A stretch of 64,000 nucleotides of DNA from Gaiellaceae bacterium (GCA_036562845.1 DATCJJ010000054.1:287-64286), one strand, 5' to 3'. Shown: positions 1 through 9,568, counted from the first letter of the stretch. The notes: a model not told the origin generated them from the letters alone. Numbers and translations are program-made.

Positions 1-85
1 GCCAGGAAGCCGATGCCGAGCAGAAGCAGCACGCGGAGCTCGTCTCAGACTACGGCCCGAGCGCCGGGAAGGATTCGAGAGCGCC

Positions 86-1507
86 TTACTCCGGCAGCGA
101 GTCGCCGACGCCGACGACCTCCCGCACGAGCGCCCGCACGTCGTCCGACGTCGTACGCCAGGACGAGAACGCCGCCCGCTGGCAGAACCGGCCGCCGAGC
201 ACCGCGCCGGTATGGAAGACGACGCCTCCGGCGGCGACGCGTGCCTGGATCTCGCGGTTGACCTGCTCGGCGTCGATCCCGTCGCGCACGTAGCGGAAGC
301 AGACGATGTTGCTCGGCGCAGGCGCCGCGAGCTCGAGCCGCGGCTGCTCCTCGACCGCCTCCGCGAGCTCGCGGGCGAGGTCGCAGCACCGGGTCACGAG
401 CTCGCCGACGCCGTCGCGGCCGAGCTGCTTCAGAGCCGCCCAGACGCTCGCTCCGCGCCAGCTGCGCGAAGCCTCGATCCCGAGCTCGTGCAGGTTCGCA
501 CCGGCCCCGGGCGTGAGGTAGCCGGCGGAGCCGCCGAACGTCTCGGCGTGGAGCTCCGCATCGCGCAGCAGCGCAAAGCCGACGCCGTTCGGGACGTTGA
601 GCCACTTGTGCGCGTCGACCGTGAGCGAGTCCGCGCGCTCCATCCCGCGCACGAGCGGCGCCGTGCGCTCGCAGAGGCGGAAGAACGCACCGAACGCGCC
701 GTCGACGTGGAGCCAGAGCCCGTAGCGCTCGCACACGTCGGCGATCTCGGCGAGCGGATCGGAGGCGCCGGTGTTGACCGATCCCGCCTGTGCGATGACG
801 ATCGCGGGCACGACGCCCGCCGAGCGATCGCGCTCGATCGCCTCGACGAGCGGCTCGACCCGCATTCGGTAGTCCGCGTCGATCGGCACCGGGCGAACGC
901 AGCCGGAGCCGAGGCCGAGCGTCCGCAGTGCCTTGTGGTCGGAGAGGTGCAGCTCGTCGCTGCCGTATACGGCGAGCTCGGGCAGGGCGCGCACGCCCTG
1001 CTGCTTCACGTCGACGCCGTGCTGCCTGCCGAACCAGTGGCGCGCGACGGCGAGGCAGATCGTGTTCGCCATCGTCGCGCCCGAGCCGAAGTAGCCGGAC
1101 GCGCCGGGAAACTCGAGAAGCTCGGCGAGCCAGCGCAACGTCACCAGCTCGAGCTCGACGGCCGCCGGTCCGAGCGGCCACATGCCCGTGTTCTGGTCGA
1201 CCGCCGCGGTCCAGGCCTCGACGATCGCCGCCGCCGGGAGCGACGCGCCGGTCACGTACCCGAAGTAGCGGCCGCCGGTCGAGCCGGCCAGTCCTCCGGC
1301 CGAGCGCTCGTCGAGCTGCGCGAGGATCTCCTCCACCGGCATCCCCTGCTCCGGCAGCGGCTCGTCGAAGCGCGCCCGCAACGTCGCCGAGTCGAGCTCG
1401 GCCGCGGCGCGCAGCGGCGGCTCGAGCGCGACTCGGAAACGTTCCGCGAGGTCGTCGACCGCCGCGTCGAGGTCGCCGGCTACGCCCGCGACGCCGGCTT
1501 CAGCCAT
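86..1507 (-). CDS. PLP-dependent group II amino-acid decarboxylase
   Basis: Last 473 codons of ORF 86..1849. PLP-lysine context SLTVDAHKWLNVPNGVGF, with a DOPA/Glu/DABA-decarboxylase-like layout. Start moved to ATG 1507 (MAEAGV...) because the upstream part of the ORF is Arg/Pro-rich and overlaps the cupin gene. Confidence 0.85.
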   Translation of the reverse strand: MAEAGVAGVAGDLDAAVDDLAERFRVALEPPLRAAAELDSATLRARFDEPLPEQGMPVEEILAQLDERSAGGLAGSTGGRYFGYVTGASLPAAAIVEAWTAAVDQNTGMWPLGPAAVELELVTLRWLAELLEFPGASGYFGSGATMANTICLAVARHWFGRQHGVDVKQQGVRALPELAVYGSDELHLSDHKALRTLGLGSGCVRPVPIDADYRMRVEPLVEAIERDRSAGVVPAIVIAQAGSVNTGASDPLAEIADVCERYGLWLHVDGAFGAFFRLCERTAPLVRGMERADSLTVDAHKWLNVPNGVGFALLRDAELHAETFGGSAGYLTPGAGANLHELGIEASRSWRGASVWAALKQLGRDGVGELVTRCCDLARELAEAVEEQPRLELAAPAPSNIVCFRYVRDGIDAEQVNREIQARVAAGGVVFHTGAVLGGRFCQRAAFSSWRTTSDDVRALVREVVGVGDSLPE

Positions 1508-1842
1508 TCGAGGAGATGCATGTAGTCGTCGCGCGCCGGGACGAAGACGTCGATGTTCTCCACCGTCTCGGTTCCGGTCGGCTCGATGTAGTGCTCGACG
1601 CCGGCCGGGATCAGCATGATCGATCCTGGTCCGACCTCGCACGGCTCGTCGCCGATGTGGTAGATCGCCCTCCCCTTCGTGATCATCGCGATCTGGTCGA
1701 AGTCGTGGCTGTGGGGCCGCACGTCCATGCCGGGCTCGCAATGATTGAGCACGAGCATGCAGTCCTCGGTCCCGAAGGCGCGGCGGCGGACGCCGGCGCG
1801 TACCGGCTCGTCCGGGATCTCGTCCCAGGTGTACGCAGGCAT
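1480..1842 (-). CDS. cupin-domain protein
   Basis: 120-aa ORF with cupin motifs (RPHSHDFDQIAMI ... GPGSIMLIPAGVEHY). Its ATG shares one base with the upstream IclR stop (TGATG). Confidence 0.7.
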   Translation of the reverse strand: MPAYTWDEIPDEPVRAGVRRRAFGTEDCMLVLNHCEPGMDVRPHSHDFDQIAMITKGRAIYHIGDEPCEVGPGSIMLIPAGVEHYIEPTGTETVENIDVFVPARDDYMHLLEWLKPASRA

Positions 1843-2570
1843 CAGGCAATGCTCCTTTCCCCGTCGACGATGAAACCGAGCTCCGCCGTCAGCTGCTCGG
1901 CTGCCTCGCGGAGTCGCTGCGCGAGCTTCGACGTGTCGCCCGCCGGCAGGTTCGCAATCGTTCCGACGACCGCCATCGTCGCAACCACTTCGCGATCCTG
2001 GAACACAGGGGTCGCGACCGCGCGGATCCCGTCGTGCGTCTGCGTGTTCACGGCGATCCGGCTCGAGAGGATGCGCTCCAACTCGCGCGGCTTCAACTGT
2101 GCGCCCTGGCCGGTGAACGCGAGGAACACCTTCCCCTGCGCGGAGTCGCTGCGCTCGAGGCGCGACCCCGTGCGCACGACGATGTGCACGAGGCGATCCG
2201 TGTTGTCGGCGACGCGGACGACGATCGGAGACTCCCCGTCCCAGATCGAGAGCACCACCGTCTCGTTCAGATCGGCCGCGAGACGCTCCATGTGCGGTCC
2301 GGCGATCCGGATGATGCGCAGTCCCGACAGCGCCGTGGCCGCGAGCTCGACGATGCGCGGGCCGAGCGAATAGATGCCGCCCGCGGCGTCGTAGCGCAGC
2401 AGCCCGACACGGCGCAGCGCCATCGCGTAGCGGTGTGTCGTCGCGCGCGCGGTTCCGAGCCGTTCGGTCAGCTGCGGCAGGGTCAGCTCCGGCTCCTCCG
2501 CCGAGAAGAAGCCGAGCAGCCGCACGGCACGCTCGACCGACTGGTTGATCGGAGCCTCGGCCTCGCTCAT
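1842..2570 (-). CDS. IclR-family transcriptional regulator
   Basis: 242 aa. N-terminal winged HTH (LTLPQLTERLGTARATTHRYAMALRRVGLL) plus an IclR-type effector domain. ATGA overlap with the aminotransferase stop. Confidence 0.85.
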   Translation of the reverse strand: MSEAEAPINQSVERAVRLLGFFSAEEPELTLPQLTERLGTARATTHRYAMALRRVGLLRYDAAGGIYSLGPRIVELAATALSGLRIIRIAGPHMERLAADLNETVVLSIWDGESPIVVRVADNTDRLVHIVVRTGSRLERSDSAQGKVFLAFTGQGAQLKPRELERILSSRIAVNTQTHDGIRAVATPVFQDREVVATMAVVGTIANLPAGDTSKLAQRLREAAEQLTAELGFIVDGERSIA

Positions 2571-3835
2571 GCGAGCTTTCGCAACTCGGCGGTCAACACG
2601 TCGACGATGCGGTCGGCCTGCGCGTCCTCGATGACGAACGGCGGCGACATGACGATCTTCTGGCCGCTCGCCCGGACCACCACGCCCTGCTCGAGCGCGC
2701 CGGCTGCGACCGGACCCGCGTCGCGGTCGCCCGCGAGCTCGACGCCGAGCATCAGGCCGACGCCGCGCGCCTCCGCAACTGCGTCGAGCTCCTCCACCGG
2801 CTGGAGCCGCTCCAGCATGCGCGCGCCGACCGACGCGGCGCGTTCGACGAGGCCCTCGCGCTCGATGATCTCGAGATTCGCGAGCGCGACCGCCGACCCG
2901 ACGGGGTGGCCGTTGTACGTGAAGCCGTGCCGGAAGGCCGTCCCCGCCAGCAGCTCGACGAGACGGTCGTGTACGAAGACCGCGCCCATCGGGATGTAGC
3001 CGCTCGTCAGCGCTTTCGCGGTCACGATCACGTCAGCATCGAGGTCGTAGCGCTGCGCGCCGAACCAGCGGCCGGTGCGGCCGTAGCCGGTGACGATCTC
3101 GTCGAGGATCAGCAGGATGCCGTGCTCACGCAGCACCGCCTGCACCTGCGGCCAGTAGCCGTCGGGCGGCGGGATCATCCCGCCGACGCCCATCACGGGC
3201 TCCCCGACGAACGCCGCGATCGTCTCGGCTCCGAGCTCGTCGATCGTCGCGCGGAGCTCGGCGACGAGCGCGTCCGCATCCGCCCGTCGAGTCGGTGTCG
3301 AGAGGTGCACGAAGCCGGGGGCGAGCGGGCCGAAGCCCTCCTTCAACGGCGGGATGCCGGTCGCGGCGAGCGACGCAACACCCACGCCGTGGTACGCCGA
3401 CTTGCGCGAGAGGATGACGTTCCGCTCGGGCCTGCCCTGCACGTGACAGGCGAGGCGGACGAGCTTGATCGCCGTTTCGATGCCCTCGGAGCCGCCGTTC
3501 GTGAAGAAGACGCGGTCGAGGCCGGCCGGCGAGAGCTCGGCGAGCCGCGCCGCGAGGCGGATCGACGGCTCGTTCGCGAAGTTCCAGAACGAGGCGTAGA
3601 ACTCGAGGCGCTCGATCTGCTCCGCCGCGACGCGCGCGAGCTCCGGACGCCCGTGCCCGACCGCGCACTGCCAGAGTCCGCAGGTGCCGTCGATGTACTC
3701 CTTGCCGTCGATGTCCCAGAGCGTCGCGCCGCGGCCGCGCGCCCAGATGACGGGCGCGGCCGGTGCGCCGACCACGGCGTGGGGATGGATGACGTGCGCG
3801 GCGTCGAGCTCCGCCAAGGTCGCAGGGACGCTCAC
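2567..3835 (-). CDS. class III (omega) aminotransferase
   Basis: Last 422 codons of ORF 2567..5056. Motifs FTNGGSEGIETAIKL, LILDEIVTGYGRTGRWF and VTAKALTSGYIPMG. GTG 3835 overlaps the ALDH stop (GTGA). Confidence 0.9.
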   Translation of the reverse strand: MSVPATLAELDAAHVIHPHAVVGAPAAPVIWARGRGATLWDIDGKEYIDGTCGLWQCAVGHGRPELARVAAEQIERLEFYASFWNFANEPSIRLAARLAELSPAGLDRVFFTNGGSEGIETAIKLVRLACHVQGRPERNVILSRKSAYHGVGVASLAATGIPPLKEGFGPLAPGFVHLSTPTRRADADALVAELRATIDELGAETIAAFVGEPVMGVGGMIPPPDGYWPQVQAVLREHGILLILDEIVTGYGRTGRWFGAQRYDLDADVIVTAKALTSGYIPMGAVFVHDRLVELLAGTAFRHGFTYNGHPVGSAVALANLEIIEREGLVERAASVGARMLERLQPVEELDAVAEARGVGLMLGVELAGDRDAGPVAAGALEQGVVVRASGQKIVMSPPFVIEDAQADRIVDVLTAELRKLA

Positions 3836-5235
3836 AGTGTCTGCCTCACCGTCTTCAAGGTCGTGTACTCCTCGATCGTCTGCGGCCCCTGCTCGTAGCC
3901 GTATCCGGACAGCCCGCGCCCGCCGTACGCGGCATAGACGTCGAGGCCACCGTAGTTGTTGATCCATACCGTGCCGGCATTCAGGGCGCGCGCGAGGAGG
4001 TGCGCGCGCGACGCGTCTCGCGTCCAGACGGCCGCCGCGAGGCCGTAGCGCGTGTCGTTCGCGACCCGGACCGCCTCGTCCGCGTCTGCGACGCGGATCA
4101 CCGCGACCGCCGGCCCGAAGATCTCTTCGCGATTGATGCGCATCTCGTTCGTCGTGTCGACGAAGACGGTGGGCTCGACGTAGAAGCCGGGCCGGTCGAT
4201 CCCGCCGCCGCCGACCAGCGCGCGGGCACCTTCGTCGGACGCCGAGCCGTAGAGGGCGAGCACGTGGTCGCGCTGCCGCGCGGAGATCAGCGGCCCCGGG
4301 TCGAGCGCCCGCACCCGCTCGGCGACGCGCTCCGCGAGCTCGTCGGCGAGCGACGCGTGCACGACGAGCCGCGCGCCTGCCGTGCAGACCTGGCCCTGGT
4401 TGCGGAAGGTCGCGCGCATCGCACCCTCGACCGCCGCGTCGACATCCGCGTCGTCGAGGACGACGTTCGCAGACTTGCCGCCGAGCTCGAGGGTGAGCCG
4501 CTTCAGATTGCCGGCGGCGGCGCGCTGGACCTCCCGTCCGACGGCCGTGGAGCCGGTGAAGGAGACCTTGTCGACGCCGTCGTGCGCCGCGAGCGCGGCC
4601 CCGGCCTCGGCGTCGCCGGTGACGACGTTCCACGCGCCCGGAGGCACTCCGGCCTCGAGCGCGAGCTCGGCGAGCCGCAACGCCGTCAAAGGCGCCTCCT
4701 CGGCCGGCTTGTGGACGACGACGTTCCCGCACGCGAGCGCGGGCGCGAGCTTCCACGCGGCGATCACGGCGGGGAAGTTCCACGGCGTGATGGCCCCGAC
4801 GACGCCGAGCGGCTCCCGCAGCGTGTACGAGAACACGCCCGGGTCCGCGGGATTCGTGGTACCGGTGATCTTCGTCGGCCAACCCGCGTAGTACGTGAAC
4901 GTCCGCACGACGCGGTCGACCTCGCGGAGCGCGTCGCCGTGCGGCTTCCCCGCGTCCGTCGACTCGAGCTCGGCGAGCTCGTCGCCGTGCTCCTCGACGA
5001 GGTCGGCCAGGCGTTGCAGGACGCGGCCGCGGGCGTACGGGTCGGCGTCGCGCCACGCGGGATAGGCCGCGCGTGCGGCGGCAACGGCCCGGTCGACGTC
5101 CTTCGCTCCGCCGCGCGCGAGCGTCGCGATCGGCTCGCCGTTCGCCGGATCGAGCGACTCGAACGTCGCACCGGACGCTGCGGGCACTTCATCACCGGCG
5201 ATGAAGTGCCCGCGGCTTTCGACACCCGCGCTCAA
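3832..5235 (-). CDS. NAD(P)-dependent aldehyde dehydrogenase
   Basis: Last 467 codons of ORF 3832..6771. Motifs ITPWNFP, FTGSTAVG, LELGGKSANVV, the catalytic Cys in NQGQVCTAGARL, and EEIFGPA. The only in-frame start after the permease stop is TTG 5235 (TTGA overlap), so the start is uncertain. Confidence 0.88.
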   Translation of the reverse strand: MSAGVESRGHFIAGDEVPAASGATFESLDPANGEPIATLARGGAKDVDRAVAAARAAYPAWRDADPYARGRVLQRLADLVEEHGDELAELESTDAGKPHGDALREVDRVVRTFTYYAGWPTKITGTTNPADPGVFSYTLREPLGVVGAITPWNFPAVIAAWKLAPALACGNVVVHKPAEEAPLTALRLAELALEAGVPPGAWNVVTGDAEAGAALAAHDGVDKVSFTGSTAVGREVQRAAAGNLKRLTLELGGKSANVVLDDADVDAAVEGAMRATFRNQGQVCTAGARLVVHASLADELAERVAERVRALDPGPLISARQRDHVLALYGSASDEGARALVGGGGIDRPGFYVEPTVFVDTTNEMRINREEIFGPAVAVIRVADADEAVRVANDTRYGLAAAVWTRDASRAHLLARALNAGTVWINNYGGLDVYAAYGGRGLSGYGYEQGPQTIEEYTTLKTVRQTL

Positions 5236-6680
5236 GCGAGCTCCGGCTGCAGCTCCTCCGCGCGCCGCTCGACCGCCTCGACGCGCGACCGTGTCGCGGC
5301 GCGGATCAGGATGCCGACCACCATCCAGCCGAGCATCACGTACGGCGCCCACTTGTAGATGCCGGTCTGCCCGTAGAACTCCGTCACCTCGGCGACGCCG
5401 ACGACGATGACCGCGAGGACCGGCGCGACGAAGATGTCGACGATCGTGCCGCCGTACTTGCGGGAGTGGACGAAGCCCGCAATCCCGACCAGCGCATAGA
5501 CCGGCAGGATGCCCGTCGCGCCGACCTGCAGCAGCCAGCTGAAGAACGTGACCGCGTCGTTGATCGTCCTGCCTTGCCAGGCGAGGCCGAGCACGAAGAC
5601 GAGCACCGTGACGGCCATGAGGGCCGAGACGGCGACGTGCGGGCTCTTGAACCGCGGGTGAGTCCGCGCAAACGCCTTCGGCAGATAGCCGTCGTGACCC
5701 CACGCGAACGCCGTCCGCGTCGTGAAGTTCGCGGTGCCGAGCGCCGAGGCGAACGACGAGATCGCCAGCAGGAGCAGCAGGACCTTCCCGAACCAGAGCG
5801 CCGCATACTGGGCCGCCATTCCGACCACGGCGCCGCCGGAGTCGGAGGGCCAGTGCTTCGCGGCGTCGGTGATCCCATAGCCGGTCACGATCGAGAACGT
5901 CGTGATGATGTAGAAGAGGACGGCGAGCGCGATCGCGCCGAGCACCGCCTTCGGCACCTCCTTGCGGGGCGTGTGCGCCTCCTCGGCGAGGAACACCGCC
6001 GTCTCGAAGCCGGAGAAGCCGGTCATGGCGATACCGACGCCGAGTGCGAAGAAGCCGAACCCGAACGTGCCGTGGTTGCTCCACGGCGCGAGCGAGCCCC
6101 ACGCCCAACCGTGCGCGCCGCCCTTCGCGAGGATGATCACATCGAGGATCAGCAGCATCGTCACGCCGATCGCGGTCAGCGCGAGCAGGATCCGGGCCGA
6201 GATCTGGATTCCGAGCCACGAGATGACGAAGACGGCCGCGGCCAGGAGGAGCGCCCACCCCCACCACGCATGCGAGAAGAAGCCTGCGTCCGGCGCGACG
6301 AGGCCGAAGAAGTTCTGGAGGAGGAACGCCGCTGCGATCAAGAGACCCGGGACGAAGATGATCCCGACGGCGAGCAGCGTCCAGCCGGCGAAGAAGCCGA
6401 CGTCGCGGCCGAGACCCGCGCGCACGATCGCGTACGTTCCGCCCGCGCTCGGGACGTAGCGGGCGAACCGTCCGTAGATGAGTGCGAGCCCGATCGCCCC
6501 GATGCCGGCCACCCAGAAGGCGGCCGGGACGTACCCGCCGACGCGGCTGGCCGCGACGGCGGCGATGACGACTGCCGAGATCTCGGGCGCCGTGACGCCC
6601 AGCGACTGCGCGATGAGGCCGGGGAGGCCGACGGCATTGCGCCGCAGACCACGCCCTCCCTCGTGTCCGGAAGCTTCCAT
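5232..6680 (-). CDS. APC-family amino acid/amine permease
   Basis: 482 aa and highly hydrophobic, with multiple predicted helices. The N-terminal region is APC-like (GLIAQSLGVTAPEIS ... GGTYAIV). Confidence 0.85.
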   Translation of the reverse strand: MEASGHEGGRGLRRNAVGLPGLIAQSLGVTAPEISAVVIAAVAASRVGGYVPAAFWVAGIGAIGLALIYGRFARYVPSAGGTYAIVRAGLGRDVGFFAGWTLLAVGIIFVPGLLIAAAFLLQNFFGLVAPDAGFFSHAWWGWALLLAAAVFVISWLGIQISARILLALTAIGVTMLLILDVIILAKGGAHGWAWGSLAPWSNHGTFGFGFFALGVGIAMTGFSGFETAVFLAEEAHTPRKEVPKAVLGAIALAVLFYIITTFSIVTGYGITDAAKHWPSDSGGAVVGMAAQYAALWFGKVLLLLLAISSFASALGTANFTTRTAFAWGHDGYLPKAFARTHPRFKSPHVAVSALMAVTVLVFVLGLAWQGRTINDAVTFFSWLLQVGATGILPVYALVGIAGFVHSRKYGGTIVDIFVAPVLAVIVVGVAEVTEFYGQTGIYKWAPYVMLGWMVVGILIRAATRSRVEAVERRAEELQPELA

Positions 6681-6733
6681 CGGCCCTCCTGAGGACGCTG
6701 ACGGGACGGAAGGGCCTTGCGGCCCTGCTCAGT

Positions 6734-6754
6734 ATGTGAGATAACGTCCCACAT
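6734..6754. promoter_or_regulatory. imperfect inverted repeat ATGTGAG-N7-CCCACAT with an embedded TAACGT (-10-like) box, overlapping the aldolase start codon
   Basis: Read directly from the sequence. It is an AT-rich island in the 72-nt divergent region between the 6680 (-) and 6753 (+) starts. TAACGT lies at 6742-6747, 5 nt before the ATG. Confidence 0.35.
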
Positions 6755-7436
6755 GTTGGAGGCGCTGTCAAGCCGCCGACTCGTCGGCACGTTCGTCAAG
6801 CTGCCGGCGCTCGAGTCGATCGACGTCTGCGCGGCCTCGCTCGATTTCTGCGTCGTCGACCACGAGCACTCGCAGCTCGCGGAAGCCGACGTGCTCCGCC
6901 TCGTCCGGCACGCGCAGGCAATCGGGTTTCCCGCGGTCGTCCGCATCCCCGAGGTCGAGCGCGGCCTGATCAACCGGCTGCTGGAGGCCGGCGCGGCAGG
7001 GATTCAGCTTTCCTCGGTGCGTCGCGTCGCCGAGGTTCACGCCGTGCGCGATGCGACCCGGTACGCCCCGGACGGGACGCGCTCGATCAGCCTCGCGCAC
7101 CCCGCGGCTCGCTACGGTGCGGTGCCGCTGCGCGACTACGTCCAGGACGCCCGGCGGCCGCTCCTCGTGATTCAGCTCGAGACGCGAGAGACCGACGACC
7201 CGCTGCCCGAGATCTGCGGTGCCGGCGCCGACGTCGTCTTTCTCGGGCTCACCGACCTGCTCGTCGACCGCGGCCTCGACGACGAGGCCGCGCGGGGACG
7301 CGCCGACGAGATCGCGGCGGCCGCGGCCGGCGCAGGAACTGTCCTCGGCGGCTTCGGAGCCGACGAGCGGTTTCGCTACTCCGTCGTCTCCTCCGACGTC
7401 GCGCTGCTGCGCGAGGCGGTGGCCGGTGTCCGCTGA
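6753..7436 (+). CDS. HpcH/HpaI-family aldolase (2-keto-3-deoxy-acid aldolase type)
   Basis: ORF 6717..7436, trimmed to ATG 6753 (MLEALSSRRLVGTFVKLP...). The sequence DFCVVDHEHS ... VVRIP ... LVIQLET ... VFLGLTDL is typical of the family. Confidence 0.75.
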   Translation: MLEALSSRRLVGTFVKLPALESIDVCAASLDFCVVDHEHSQLAEADVLRLVRHAQAIGFPAVVRIPEVERGLINRLLEAGAAGIQLSSVRRVAEVHAVRDATRYAPDGTRSISLAHPAARYGAVPLRDYVQDARRPLLVIQLETRETDDPLPEICGAGADVVFLGLTDLLVDRGLDDEAARGRADEIAAAAAGAGTVLGGFGADERFRYSVVSSDVALLREAVAGVR

Positions 7437-8412
7437 CCTGGGAGTCCGGCTCGCCGCGCTCGAGCTGAAGAGCCCCGTGATCGCCGGGTCCGGCGAGGCG
7501 ACGGCCTCGGCGGAACAGATTCGCGCGTGCCTCGCCGCCGGAGCTGCGGCCGTCGTCGCGAAGTCGGTGAACGAGTCCGCGGCGGCCCGCGCGCAGCTGC
7601 GCGCGGCCGAGTATGTCCTCCTCGACGAGCAGCTGAACGCGCGCCCGCTCGGGCCGGCCGGACGCGGCGACTCGTTGTTCTGCCGTTCCGGGCTGCTCGA
7701 CGTCGAGCTCGAAGAGTGGATTGCGACGCTCGCCGCGCTCGACCGCGAAGCGGCGGCGCGCGATGCGTACGTCGTCGCGAGCCTGATCGTCGCAGACGTC
7801 GAGGAGGCGGTGCGCCTCGCGCGGCTCGTCGAGCAGGCGGGCCTCCGCTGGCTCGAGCTGAACGTCGGCGCGCCGCACGCGACGGAGGCTGCACCGGGCG
7901 CGATCGGCACGGGCGTCGCGCTCGTCGAGCGTGTGCGGGCAGCGGTGTCGATCCCGCTGACGGTGAAGCTCAAGCCCGGCGACTCGGTCGCCGAGGCGCT
8001 CGCGGCCGGCGCCGACGTCGTCTGCCTCGCGACGCGTGCGATGGCGTTCGTCCCCGATCTCGAGACGCGTCGCCCGGTGCTCGGCACCTTCGCCGCGATC
8101 GGCGGAGCGTGGGCGCTGCCGCTGACGCTCCGCGAGGTGGCGAAGGCGCACCTCGCGCATCCGGACGCGTCGATCGTCGGAACGAACGGTGCGCGCGACG
8201 GCTACGACGTCGCGCGGTTCCTGCTCGCGGGCGCGAGCGCGGTCGCGATGACGAGCGCGGTGATCACGGACGGGCCGGAAGCGCTGGCGAGGTCCAGCGC
8301 ACAGCTGGAGGAGTACTGCAGGGAGCAGGGCGTCGATGCGCGGGAGCTCGTCGGCGAGGCGGCACGCCATGTTCAAACGTACGAGGAGGTGGCGATTGAG
8401 CGTCGGCTCTGA
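7426..8412 (+). CDS. dihydroorotate/dihydropyrimidine dehydrogenase-like flavoenzyme (class 1 DHOD fold)
   Basis: C-terminal 328 codons of ORF 7219..8412. Motifs LKSPVIAGSGE, ELNVGAPH, PLTVKLKP and GTNGARDG...LLAGASAV. GTG 7426 overlaps the aldolase end by 11 nt. Confidence 0.65.
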   Translation: MSADLGVRLAALELKSPVIAGSGEATASAEQIRACLAAGAAAVVAKSVNESAAARAQLRAAEYVLLDEQLNARPLGPAGRGDSLFCRSGLLDVELEEWIATLAALDREAAARDAYVVASLIVADVEEAVRLARLVEQAGLRWLELNVGAPHATEAAPGAIGTGVALVERVRAAVSIPLTVKLKPGDSVAEALAAGADVVCLATRAMAFVPDLETRRPVLGTFAAIGGAWALPLTLREVAKAHLAHPDASIVGTNGARDGYDVARFLLAGASAVAMTSAVITDGPEALARSSAQLEEYCREQGVDARELVGEAARHVQTYEEVAIERRL

Positions 8413-9568
8413 CATCGGCGTCGCGCAGCTCGAGGCCGACCCGTACCCGATCTACGAGCAGCTGCGGGCGGAGGAGCCCGTCTGCTTCGTCGAGTCGGTC
8501 GGGCTGTGGCTCGTCACGCGCTGGAACGACGTGCAGTACGTCGACAAGGCGCCGGAACTGTTCAGCGGGGAGACCGAGCCGTCGACCTTGAACCGCACGT
8601 TCGGGAAGAACCTCCTCGGCTCGGAGGGCGCCTACCACGACCGGATCCGGAAGATCATCTATCCGTGGTTCCGGGTCGGCGCGATCGGCGACTACCCGGA
8701 CAACGTGATCACGCCGATCGCGAACGAGCTCGTCGACGCGTTCGCGGACCGCGGCGAGGCGGAGCTCGTCTCAGAGTTCGCGGAGCCGCTCTCCGCCCGC
8801 GTGCTCAAGCAGGCGCTCGGGCTCGGCTTCGTCGAGGAGGAGACGCTGCGCCGCTGGTTCGTCGAGCTGGCGACGGGTGCCGCCAATTTCGAGGGCGATC
8901 CGGAAAAGCAGCGCATCGCAGACGCCGCGAGCGCGGAAGTCAACGTGACGCTCGCGCCGGTGATCGAGCAGCTGCAGCGCAAGCCCGACGACACGCTGCT
9001 CTCCTCGATGGTCAACACCGAGGTCGAGGGCGAGCGGCTGACGCTCGAGGAGGTGCAGTCGAACCTGAAGGTGATGATCGTCGGCGGCCTCCAGGCGACG
9101 ACCGACCTGATCGCGCTGTCGCTGTGGGCGATCCTGTCGCACCCGGACCAGCTCGCGGAGGTCCGCGCCGATCCGAAGCTGATCGACCCCGCGATCGAAG
9201 AGGCGGCCCGGTGGCACTCGCCCGTCGGCACGTCGACGCGGCAGACGACACGCGACACGGAGCTCGCCGGCGTCAAGCTCGAGCAGGGCTCGCTCGTCGC
9301 CGCCGTGCTCGCGTCGGCGAACCGCGACGACCGCAACTGGACCGATCCCGACACCTACGATGTCCACCGACGCGAGGGAGGCCACCTCGCCTTCGCGACC
9401 GGCCCGCACCTCTGCATCGGCGCCCGCCTCGCGCGATACGAGACCCGTGCCGCCTGGCGGGTGCTGCTCGACCGACTGCCCGGCCTGCGCCTCGATCCGG
9501 AACGTCCGATCGAGCTCTCGGGCTGGGAGTTCCGTTCCCCCCACCACCTTCACATCCAATGGAACTGA
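8396..9568 (+). CDS. cytochrome P450
   Basis: Heme-thiolate loop FATGPHLCIGARLA, ExxR motif (EEAARW), and I-helix GGLQATTD. TTG 8396 has GAGGAGG 6 nt upstream. ATG 8369 is the alternative start. Confidence 0.85.
   Translation: MSVGSDIGVAQLEADPYPIYEQLRAEEPVCFVESVGLWLVTRWNDVQYVDKAPELFSGETEPSTLNRTFGKNLLGSEGAYHDRIRKIIYPWFRVGAIGDYPDNVITPIANELVDAFADRGEAELVSEFAEPLSARVLKQALGLGFVEEETLRRWFVELATGAANFEGDPEKQRIADAASAEVNVTLAPVIEQLQRKPDDTLLSSMVNTEVEGERLTLEEVQSNLKVMIVGGLQATTDLIALSLWAILSHPDQLAEVRADPKLIDPAIEEAARWHSPVGTSTRQTTRDTELAGVKLEQGSLVAAVLASANRDDRNWTDPDTYDVHRREGGHLAFATGPHLCIGARLARYETRAAWRVLLDRLPGLRLDPERPIELSGWEFRSPHHLHIQWN

Noticed and set aside
1-85. Possible start of a minus-strand membrane-protein gene running off the left edge (…ELRVLLLLGIGFL).
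   Set aside because: Only about 15 codons are visible, there is no stop or SD context, and it cannot be distinguished from chance.
45-2373. Long ORFs antisense to or out of frame with the decarboxylase/cupin/IclR genes (45..1181 -, 212..1525 +, 928..2373 +).
   Set aside because: Their translations are Arg/Ala/Pro/Gly-rich low-complexity strings with no motifs. They fully overlap ORFs that carry clear enzyme signatures. This is a typical stop-codon-poor artefact of very GC-rich DNA. The same reasoning applies to dozens of similar ORFs across the track.
2567-6771. Apparent giant fusion ORFs (2567..5056, 829 aa; 3832..6771, 979 aa).
   Set aside because: Only the C-terminal parts show aminotransferase or ALDH motifs. 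The N-terminal extensions are Arg-rich read-through across the upstream gene in another frame. Internal GTG/TTG starts overlapping the upstream stop give normal-sized proteins.
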